IMG/VR virus record: IMGVR_UViG_3300013767_000006
Location: 1 to 30,825 of that record
Length of the DNA stretch: 30,825 bases
Reading direction: 5' to 3' (one strand)
Source: a virus
Lineage: Duplodnaviria > Caudoviricetes
The position numbers were made by a program, and so were the translations under genes. Each line of letters starts with the position of its first letter. Position 1 is the stretch's first letter. The notes under the pieces were generated by a model. The model had not been told where the DNA came from. It made no database searches and saw nothing but the letters and a program-made list of their open reading frames with translations. Below are positions 24,033 through 30,825 of the stretch, in pieces.

Positions 24033-26750
24033 ATGGCCTATAGCTACGTCCTCACTCCCGGGGATGGCACTAGGACCGTATTCAGTTTCGCCTTTGGCTA
24101 CCTGAGTCGGTCGCACATTTCCGTGGCGGTTAATGGGGTGAACACCTCCTTTAACTGGCTGAGCGACTTCAGCATTCAAGTCCTCCCGGCCCCCGCAGCC
24201 GGGACGATGGTTCAAATCAAGCGGCTGACTCCGAAAGACGAGCCGATTGTTGATTACGCGGATGGCTCTGTGCTGACGGAGCAGGACCTAGACATCAGCT
24301 CGCTGTTCGCTCTGTACTGCGCGCAGGAGACTCAGGACTCCGGAGATAGGTCCATCCAGAAGAATCCGTTCGGGCTCTACGATGCGCTGAGTGGTCGGGT
24401 CATCAACGTTGCGGACCCTGTGAGCAACCAAGACGCTGCCAACAAGAAGTCCGTGGACGCGGTAGACACCGCACTTCGGGCTATCGCTGCGGCGAACGAT
24501 GCAGCTATTCGGGCCATCGCGGCGAACAATGACTCGGCTGTTCGGGGCCTCATCGCGTCGAAGGACTCTGAGCTACGGCAGTGGGCGATGACATCGGGTC
24601 AGTCGTTCGTGGCGCAGGCGGCAGCTCTCGCTTCCAGCGTGTCAGCAGACCTCAGCGGGTATATGACCGACTACGCCACTGTTCGGGCGTACACGGGTTC
24701 CGTAGCCCGGGTCTTCATCACGGGGGTCTACCCGCTCTCCAGCCCCTCTGGAATCGCAGGCGAATTCGTTCGTGACGATACGGACTCCACCAGCACCGAT
24801 GATGGCGGGACCACTCTGGTTGCATCCAACGGGAAGCGGTGGAAGCGTCAGTTCGCTGGTCCGGTATCCGCAGAGTGGTTCGGCTGGCCTGCACGTGATG
24901 CAGATGCCATGAACGATGCCATCAACGCGGCTCAGCGCCTGAAGGCTGGTTTCGTCCGGTTCCGGACCCCCTGCCTAGCCCTGACGAAGCCCATCGTTCT
25001 CCGCAGTGGGGTAGTCATTGACGGCCCCGGTAGCGGCCCTGAAGGTGAAATCAGGACTGCCAACGGAGTGGCTATTGACGCCATGATTCAGACCGATGAC
25101 TTTGAGAACCAGTACGCCACGCGGCCTGGCTCTGTAGCAAACGGGGTCACGATCAATGCAGGATTCAAGAACCTGTACCTCAACGGGAACAGGGCTAACG
25201 TGCCCGCTGTGACCGATTGGCGTAAGGGCATGGGCCACCGCTGCTATTGGATGAGCCCGGTCATCGAGAACGTCAGGGTCAGCCACACATCCGGTATTGG
25301 AGGCATTAGCGCCTACCCCGCGAACAACCGCGTGTTCCCCCCGGGCTACCAGTTCGTCCCCAACTTTGATGGCGACATCAAAGAGAGCTACATCGACAAG
25401 GTTTCGTATTACGACACCATGTATGAGGGCTTCATCTTCGAGGGGCCTAGCGACCTTGAGATTCGCACAGTGTTCTGTGGCTGGCCTGCTAACGGTCTCG
25501 CTGAGTACACCTACAACTCCGCTAAGAAGTCCCTGAAGTTCACCACCGGGGGCATCGTGGGGGTCCGTATGCTTACCAAGGGCGCTGGCTATACGAACGC
25601 CGCAGTGAGCATCACAGGCGGAGGCGGCTCGGGCTTCACTGGTCAGGCTGTCATCGTTGGTGGCCAGATTGACCGCATCTTGGTGGACACGGACGGCTAC
25701 GGCTTTGACCGCGCTACGGCAACGGTGACCATCACCGGGGACGGCAGCGGAGCCACAGCAGTTGCTCATGTGGATGACACGATTGATGGCGTCGTCTTCA
25801 ACAACGATGGCGCTGAGATTGGCTTCGTCCACTCGTTCAACAATCCCCACGGCTGGAACGTGAACTTCCGCAATGACTCCGCAGGCTTCGCACGGATCAA
25901 GGGGGCGTTCATCATGGGTGAGACCGGCTGGGGTAACGTCAAGATTGGTGGACACACCCGATACCAGATTGCCCGCGTGGACACCCACGGTGCGGGCTTT
26001 GGTGGTGGACCCAGCGTCTTCCCTTCCATGCTCATCCGGAGCGACCGGGGCGGCTCTATTGCCTCGTGGGAGGACTACCGTGCGGCCCTCTCGGACTACA
26101 CGGCTAACGGGGCGCCTTCGCTTCTGTTGGATGGGGTGAACAACCGCATCGATAACGGAACCATCTTTGGGCGAGGTCAGGCCGGTGATGGGGTGGTTAT
26201 CCGTGGAAGACAGAACGCGGCGACCTTCAGCGCCTCTGGAATCGCTTGGCCGTCTGCCGCTCTGGTTACAGAGCAGGGAGGCTACAGCTCCGAGGTGGAC
26301 GTTCTATCAGACAGCAACTATCGCGCATGGAGTAACCGCCAAGCCTCGTATGGGTTCGCTGGTCACGTCCGGGTGAACAACGGAGGCCACGCCAACGGAA
26401 CCACTCAGTTTGAGGGGCTCGATGCCATCTCGCCTAACCAGTGGCGTCTGGTGGATATTATTTCCCGGTCCACCGCTGGCGGGCTGACGTACTCCAAGCA
26501 GACCGTTACTGGCACTGCGTCTCCCATTAGTGTCAGTGAGCAGACCATCGTCATTCCTCACTCCATCGTCAGGACTCCGGGGGTGAAGGACTGCTCGGTG
26601 TCGCTCTATCCAGCCGATGGGGTCACTATGGGCATCCCGGAGTACTACTACGTGTCTGACACCACGGCTACGAACCTGACTGTCAAGGTTAAGTTCAACA
26701 CCTTTGGCTCGGGCTCCAACAGCGTAATCGTGAAGGTGGACATCAAGTAA
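24033..26750 (+). CDS. Tail fibre / tailspike with T7 gp17-like N-terminal anchor and probable beta-helix depolymerase
   Basis: GDG.RTVFSFAFGYL...IKRLTP...DYADGSVLTEQDL anchor; NVADP...QDAANK; DDGGTTLV..NGKRWKR head motif; Gly/Asn-rich beta-helix-like body. Confidence 0.88.
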   Translation: MAYSYVLTPGDGTRTVFSFAFGYLSRSHISVAVNGVNTSFNWLSDFSIQVLPAPAAGTMVQIKRLTPKDEPIVDYADGSVLTEQDLDISSLFALYCAQETQDSGDRSIQKNPFGLYDALSGRVINVADPVSNQDAANKKSVDAVDTALRAIAAANDAAIRAIAANNDSAVRGLIASKDSELRQWAMTSGQSFVAQAAALASSVSADLSGYMTDYATVRAYTGSVARVFITGVYPLSSPSGIAGEFVRDDTDSTSTDDGGTTLVASNGKRWKRQFAGPVSAEWFGWPARDADAMNDAINAAQRLKAGFVRFRTPCLALTKPIVLRSGVVIDGPGSGPEGEIRTANGVAIDAMIQTDDFENQYATRPGSVANGVTINAGFKNLYLNGNRANVPAVTDWRKGMGHRCYWMSPVIENVRVSHTSGIGGISAYPANNRVFPPGYQFVPNFDGDIKESYIDKVSYYDTMYEGFIFEGPSDLEIRTVFCGWPANGLAEYTYNSAKKSLKFTTGGIVGVRMLTKGAGYTNAAVSITGGGGSGFTGQAVIVGGQIDRILVDTDGYGFDRATATVTITGDGSGATAVAHVDDTIDGVVFNNDGAEIGFVHSFNNPHGWNVNFRNDSAGFARIKGAFIMGETGWGNVKIGGHTRYQIARVDTHGAGFGGGPSVFPSMLIRSDRGGSIASWEDYRAALSDYTANGAPSLLLDGVNNRIDNGTIFGRGQAGDGVVIRGRQNAATFSASGIAWPSAALVTEQGGYSSEVDVLSDSNYRAWSNRQASYGFAGHVRVNNGGHANGTTQFEGLDAISPNQWRLVDIISRSTAGGLTYSKQTVTGTASPISVSEQTIVIPHSIVRTPGVKDCSVSLYPADGVTMGIPEYYYVSDTTATNLTVKVKFNTFGSGSNSVIVKVDIK
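24465..24596 (+). repeat. Four degenerate 33-bp (11-aa) tandem repeats in tailspike neck
   Basis: DTALRAIAAAN / DAAIRAIAANN / DSAVRGLIASK / DSELRQWAMTS. Confidence 0.7.
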
Positions 26751-26778
26751 AGGTGTCCGCCTTTTCGCACAACCCACT

Positions 26779-27063
26779 ATGCAACTGGAAGAACACACGA
26801 AGACGCTCCTGACCCTCGCGGGGGTCGGAGCAGCCCTGACCATCGGGAAACTGCTCTCCGAGGGGGAGACACTCAATGTCAAGCGGGTGATTGGCCGAGT
26901 GATTGTCGGCTCTGGCCTCAGCATGGCCGCTGCGGGCGCGCTCGCCTTCTATCCCACCCTTCCGATGGTTGGGGTGGTGGGTATCGGCTCTGCACTCGGC
27001 ATCGTTGGGGTCCACTACCTAGAGGACCTCGTGAAGAAGAAACTCACTGGGAGCACTGAATGA
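26779..27063 (+). CDS. Holin, P2 Y-like
   Basis: Three hydrophobic segments and basic C-terminus; IGKLLSEGE...IGRVIVGSGLSMAA...GIGSALGIVG parallels recalled P2 gpY. Confidence 0.85.
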   Translation: MQLEEHTKTLLTLAGVGAALTIGKLLSEGETLNVKRVIGRVIVGSGLSMAAAGALAFYPTLPMVGVVGIGSALGIVGVHYLEDLVKKKLTGSTE

Positions 27064-27335
27064 CGAAAGCATCCCCCGAGGCCATTCAGGCCCTCCATGA
27101 CCAAATCGCCACGGCCCTCGCGGACGGCATCAAGCTCTTCAAGGGCAAAGAGAACCCGGAAGACCTCAAGGGCCTAGCTGCGCTGGTCAACGTGGCGCGT
27201 CAGTTCGTCAAGGACAATGAAGACTCCCTGATTGCCAGCCGCACCGCTCCCGTACAGAACCTCGCCAACGTCCTTCCGTTCCCCGGTAACATGCCGGGAG
27301 AGGGGGAGGATGACGACCAAGTTGCTACGGGCTAA
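27060..27335 (+). CDS. terS: Terminase small subunit
   Basis: KAS...LHD...A.VNVARQFVKDN...LPF pattern of T7 gp18-like proteins; synteny. Confidence 0.8.
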   Translation: MTKASPEAIQALHDQIATALADGIKLFKGKENPEDLKGLAALVNVARQFVKDNEDSLIASRTAPVQNLANVLPFPGNMPGEGEDDDQVATG

Positions 27336-27691
27336 TGATTCTCTACTGGAACATCCCGGGCCGCTATGACGGCCTGACCATCTTCCCCTTCATCTTCATC
27401 AGGCCAGCCAGCCGCAATGATGTGGGCCTGCTCATCCATGAGAAGGTCCACTACGAAGAGCAGCGGCAGAGCTGGGTCCTCCCTTGGTTCCTTAAGTACG
27501 GCCTCTCGAAGTCATGGAGGCTTGCTGCGGAAGCCCGAGCATACGCCGCTCAGCTCGCCTACTACGAGTCGGAGGGGAAGGCCGACAGGCTTCAGATTCT
27601 CGCTGAGCATCTCTCGAAGAACTACAGGCTCAAGCTGACCGTGGATCAAGCGGCAGCAGCCATCCAAGCGGAACTCAGCAGGACCGCATAG
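27335..27691 (+). CDS. HEXXH zincin-like protein
   Basis: GLTIFPFIFI...LLIHEKVHYEEQ...EARAY (HEXXH plus downstream E). Confidence 0.7.
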   Translation: MILYWNIPGRYDGLTIFPFIFIRPASRNDVGLLIHEKVHYEEQRQSWVLPWFLKYGLSKSWRLAAEARAYAAQLAYYESEGKADRLQILAEHLSKNYRLKLTVDQAAAAIQAELSRTA

Positions 27692-27786
27692 GAGGCCCTA
27701 CAAGCCTCGGCAACGCTTGCCACTACCGTTCCCCTAGCGGAACACTATGAGGGGCGCTATGCCCCTCCTAACGCTTTCTGGAGGCT

Positions 27787-29490
27787 ATGGCTGCGCAAGC
27801 AGAAGACCCACTGAAGCAAGACTTCAGAAACTTCCTCTTCATGGTGTGGCAGCACCTTAACCTGCCTACCCCTACCCCGGTTCAGTACGACATCGCCAGG
27901 TTTCTTCAGGTTGGCCCTAAGCGACGCATCGTGGAAGCCTTCCGAGGCATCGGCAAGAGCTGGATTACAGCGGCCTACGTGCTCTGGCTGCTGTACTGTG
28001 ACCCTGAGGAGCGCATCCTTGTGGTGTCAGCCTCCAAGGGCCGCGCAGACGCCTTCTCGGTCTTCGTGAAGCGGCTCATTCAGGAAATGGAGCTACTCCA
28101 TCACCTGAAGCCGAGAGACGGCCAGCGGGACTCCAACATCGCCTTTGACGTTGGCCCCAGCTCCGCTCACCAGGCACCCTCAGTCCGCTCGGTGGGCATC
28201 ACCGGGCAAATCACTGGTGGCCGCGCTACCCACATCATTGCGGATGACGTGGAGGTCCCGAACAACGCCTTGACCCAGACCATGCGAGACAAGCTCTCGG
28301 AGGCGGTCAAGGAGTTTGATGCAGTGCTGGTCCCGGGCGGGGTCATCACGTATCTGGGCACTCCGCAGACGGAGATGAGCTTGTACAACAAGCTGCCCGA
28401 GCGCGGCTATGTCATGCGCATCTGGCCCGCTCGGTACCCCAACGCCACCCTCGCGGCTCGCTACGGTGAGCGCCTGGCACCGTTCATCGTCAACCGGCTG
28501 CTGAAGGACCCCACCCTAGGAACCCAGTGCTCAGGCCGTGGGGCACCTGTGGAGCCCCAGCGGTTCCATGACCTTGACCTGTTCGAGCGTGAAGCATCGT
28601 ATGGCCGCTCAGGCTTCGCCATGCAGTTCATGCTGGACACCAGCTTCAGCGACCAAGACAAGTACCCGCTCAAGCTGGGTGACCTCATGGTCCTCAACCT
28701 CAATTCGGACATCGCTCCGGTCAAGCTGGCGTGGGCTTCTGGCCCTGACCAGTGGATGCGGGACCTCCAGTCGGTGGGCCTTCAGGGGGACCGCTGGTAT
28801 CGCCCTTTGTTTGTCGCTAAGGACTTCGCTGACTACCAAGGCTGTGTACTCGCTATCGACCCCTCAGGGCGCGGTGGCGATGAGACCAGCTATGCGGTGG
28901 TGGCGATGCTCAATGGCTTCCTGTACGTGCTGGATGCAGGAGGCCTGAAGGGGGGCTACGAGGACGAGACCCTGCAGAAGCTCGCAGACACAGCGAAGAA
29001 GTACAGGGCCAAGCAAGTCATCGTGGAGTCCAACTTCGGTGACGGCATGTTCACCAAGCTGTTCACCCCGTTCCTCGTGAGGACCTACCCGTGCAGCACT
29101 GAGGAGGTCCGCAGCAGCACCCAGAAGGAACGCCGCATCATCGATACGCTGGAGCCGGTGATGAACCAGCATCGGCTGGTGGTGGACCAAGCGTTGGTGG
29201 AGCGGGATATGGTCAACTACAACGAATACCCGCAGGAGAAGAGCCATCAGTACCAGCTCTTCTATCAGATGTCCCGCATCACCAAGGAACGCGGAGCACT
29301 GGGCAAGGATGACCGGCTGGATGCCCTCGCCATCGCTGTGGCCTACTGGGTGGAGCAGATGGACAAGGACACCCAGAAGGTTCTGGACGACCACCGGGAG
29401 GAAATGCTGATGCTGGAGCTGTCCAAGTTCGCCACGCAAGTGCTCGGACATGCCCCCGCAGGGGACTCTTGGACCGATTCTTGGCACTGA
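27787..29490 (+). CDS. terL: Terminase large subunit (T7 gp19-like)
   Basis: AFRGIGKSWIT Walker A, IIADDVE Walker B, YLGTPQ, IDPSGRGGDET, ESNFGDGM, DDRLDAL. Confidence 0.97.
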   Translation: MAAQAEDPLKQDFRNFLFMVWQHLNLPTPTPVQYDIARFLQVGPKRRIVEAFRGIGKSWITAAYVLWLLYCDPEERILVVSASKGRADAFSVFVKRLIQEMELLHHLKPRDGQRDSNIAFDVGPSSAHQAPSVRSVGITGQITGGRATHIIADDVEVPNNALTQTMRDKLSEAVKEFDAVLVPGGVITYLGTPQTEMSLYNKLPERGYVMRIWPARYPNATLAARYGERLAPFIVNRLLKDPTLGTQCSGRGAPVEPQRFHDLDLFEREASYGRSGFAMQFMLDTSFSDQDKYPLKLGDLMVLNLNSDIAPVKLAWASGPDQWMRDLQSVGLQGDRWYRPLFVAKDFADYQGCVLAIDPSGRGGDETSYAVVAMLNGFLYVLDAGGLKGGYEDETLQKLADTAKKYRAKQVIVESNFGDGMFTKLFTPFLVRTYPCSTEEVRSSTQKERRIIDTLEPVMNQHRLVVDQALVERDMVNYNEYPQEKSHQYQLFYQMSRITKERGALGKDDRLDALAIAVAYWVEQMDKDTQKVLDDHREEMLMLELSKFATQVLGHAPAGDSWTDSWH

Positions 29491-29532
29491 CCGGAAACCC
29501 TTACTGGGCTTGGCTTTGCGGGCGATTGGGGG

Positions 29533-29552
29533 TCTAAAACCTCACTCTCGCC
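29533..29552 (+). promoter_or_regulatory. Putative phage RNAP promoter (phiOR-position)
   Basis: TCTAAAACCTCACTCTC|GCC; shares AACCTCACTCTCGC with 7691-7704; located just after terL. Confidence 0.7.
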
Positions 29553-29566
29553 CCAAGGGGGCAAAG

Positions 29567-29601
29567 CCCTATAGAGATACTCTTATAGATACTCTATAGG
29601 G
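29567..29601. repeat. AT-rich inverted repeat
   Basis: CCCTATAGAG (29567-29576) ... CTCTATAGGG (29592-29601), with internal AGATACTCT direct repeats. Confidence 0.75.
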
Positions 29602-29618
29602 TAGTCTTAAGATTGTCC

Positions 29619-29990
29619 TCAGGATGGCTCTGCTGGCTTGTCTGGTGATTGGCTGGGAGGGGTGACAGTGATAGTCACCTTCACAGTGGGCATCGCTCTC
29701 ATACCCTTGGCCAGCTTCTCCCCCGCCCTAACAGTAGCGGTTCCCGCATCCCTCATAGCCCTTATGACCACGGAGCCAATCACCACCAGTGCCATGATGG
29801 AGACCACTACTACAACAGTACCCTCCACAACTTCCTGAGTCTTGCTTTTGTGGGAGCAGGACACCCACTCATGCTGAGCCACTTTGCACTGCGGCTCTGG
29901 GTAAGGCTGCTGCTGGACCAGTGGTCCTGTGCTGGGGTTAGCCTGCTGGTCAGCCCTTACGGCATCTACTGCTGACTGTACGGTGGTCAT
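29619..29990 (-). CDS. 123-aa single-pass membrane protein whose N-terminus is paralogous to the N-terminus of internal virion protein D
   Basis: ATG 29990; MTTVQSAVDAVRADQQANPSTGPLVQQQPYPEPQ vs gp16-like MADTIQSAVDAVRADQQANPSTAPVIQQQPYPVPQ; TM TVVVVVSIMALVVIGSVVI followed by RAMR; weak SD (GGGA). Confidence 0.75.
   Translation of the reverse strand: MTTVQSAVDAVRADQQANPSTGPLVQQQPYPEPQCKVAQHEWVSCSHKSKTQEVVEGTVVVVVSIMALVVIGSVVIRAMRDAGTATVRAGEKLAKGMRAMPTVKVTITVTPPSQSPDKPAEPS
29889..29984 (-). repeat. Diverged inverted copy of 18993..19088
   Basis: 32 codons align without gaps; longest exact match is 23 nt (GACCAGCAGGCTAACCCCAGCAC). Confidence 0.92.
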
Positions 29991-30013
29991 AGGGGTCCCA
30001 AATGTTTGGCGGG

Positions 30014-30070
30014 AAAATCTGAAAGGGTATCTGATAGACCAGCCGCCCCGGAATCCCCCCGTGGCACCCC
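30014..30070 (+). other. Probable start of direct terminal repeat / genome-end motif
   Basis: AAAATCTG-N8-TCTGATAG...CCCCC after terL parallels the recalled T7/T3 junction AAAATCTG-AGTGACTA|TCTCACAG...CCCCC. Confidence 0.45.
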
Positions 30071-30287
30071 TCGCGCTACGCGTGCGCATCACCCGCGCCA
30101 GTCAGACACGCGCGGCCCATTAGACGCCCGTGCGCGTTCCTCTAGCTGGCCTCGGCTCAGCCTGGCGGTTTCCTCTGGGTTGGTCACGTGGATGGGCACA
30201 GCTCAGCCGCTAGCCCTTGTCACGCCTAGCATGGCGGGGGATTAGTAATCCTCTGGTGGTCACACAGGGCCGCACCAGGCACACGTA

Positions 30288-30326
30288 AGGCTTCGCTCAG
30301 AGCACCGAGCGGGGCCTTTATTTTTC
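30288..30326 (+). terminator. Intrinsic terminator in the terminal region
   Basis: AGGCTTCGCTC / GAGCGGGGCCT stem (two G-U pairs) followed by TTATTTTTT. Confidence 0.7.
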
Positions 30327-30587
30327 GCCTAGTTGCAACTGTGTTGCATGTAGAGCTAGATGCAATTGAGTTGCATATGTTGGTGAGCGTGTCTAAGCTC
30401 ACCTATTTTTTTGCATCTCCTCAGCCCTCCTCAGCTCCCCATCAGAACACCGTCAGGGAGCCTCCTGGCAGCCCCTATAGCCTCACCATCGAGCCTGGCA
30501 CTGGCTACCCTAGCGGCTGGCCTATCGCGGCCCCATAGACTCACTACAGGATCACATGTGGATGTGGATTTATTTTGTGATGAGGGG

Positions 30588-30616
30588 TTGACATGCTTTA
30601 GTGGAACACTTACAGT
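30588..30616 (+). promoter_or_regulatory. Host sigma70 early promoter (T7 A-promoter-like)
   Basis: TTGACA-N17-TACAGT with an upstream AT tract (ATTTATTTT), about 60 nt before the first early ORF. Confidence 0.85.
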
Positions 30617-30677
30617 TCATTCCAACGCAACACGCAACACCCGCTGAGCTGCACCACCCAACACAGAGGAGCCACAC

Positions 30678-30825
30678 ATGGACTACCAAACGGCATGCGC
30701 AAGCATAATAACGGCAGCCCGGGCACGTGCTGAGATTGACAAGCACGACATCGGCATGGACCGCGCTGAAGCCTGGGCAGCATTCATTGAGGAGTGCGGG
30801 GACCACCCGACCTACACAGGCAAGG
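30678..30825 (+). CDS. First early gene, hypothetical, 3'-truncated
   Basis: GAGGAG SD, ATG 30678; MDYQTACASIITAARARAEIDKHDIGMDRAEAWAAFIEECGDHPTYTGK... open to the window end. Confidence 0.75.
   Translation, partial: MDYQTACASIITAARARAEIDKHDIGMDRAEAWAAFIEECGDHPTYTGK

Noticed and set aside
29638-29975. Plus-strand ORFs 29638..29838 (hydrophobic) and 29649..29975 as gp19.5-like genes
   Set aside because: Weak starts and no motif; the synonymous-substitution pattern supports the minus-strand frame. A short plus-strand peptide is not fully excluded.
29889-29984. Inverted repeat as an assembly artefact, invertible segment or DGR template/variable pair
   Set aside because: The copies differ mainly at third codon positions, not specifically at adenines; no reverse transcriptase or recombinase is in the window; an artefact would be identical.
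29991-30092. 34-codon upstream extension of the minus-strand ORF given in the track
   Set aside because: Homology to gp16 begins at Met 29990, and the extension runs across the putative genome-end motif.
30736-30765. Second TTGACA hexamer
   Set aside because: No acceptable -10 at 16-18 nt spacing, and it lies inside the early ORF.
1-30825. tRNA, rRNA, CRISPR array, integrase, introns/inteins, RNA polymerase gene
   Set aside because: None recognised. Polymerase, capsid and terL are uninterrupted; the phage RNAP gene presumably lies outside the window.

Overview
About 31 kb of a GC-rich T7-like podovirus genome (Autographiviridae-type), with almost all genes on the + strand. The window opens inside the primase-helicase. 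It runs through the replication module (GH24 endolysin, 2OG-Fe(II) dioxygenase-like gene, family A DNA polymerase, gp5.7-like gene, overlapping spanins, nucleotidyltransferase, 5'-3' exonuclease, DUF3310/gp1.7-like gene). The morphogenesis block follows (portal, scaffold, capsid, tail tubes A/B, internal virion proteins, tail appendages, P2-Y-like holin, terminases). It then crosses the probable genome-end/terminal-repeat region into a sigma70 early promoter and the first early gene. The standout observation is the only credible minus-strand gene (29619..29990). It encodes a 123-aa single-pass membrane protein whose N-terminus copies the N-terminus of the phage's own largest ejection protein (gp16-like, 18984..): 27/32 aa are identical and 10 codons differ only synonymously. 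This makes it a candidate membrane-anchored ejectosome decoy (superinfection exclusion) or a protein that borrows a virion-targeting peptide. All family assignments come from motif recognition by eye; no searches were run.
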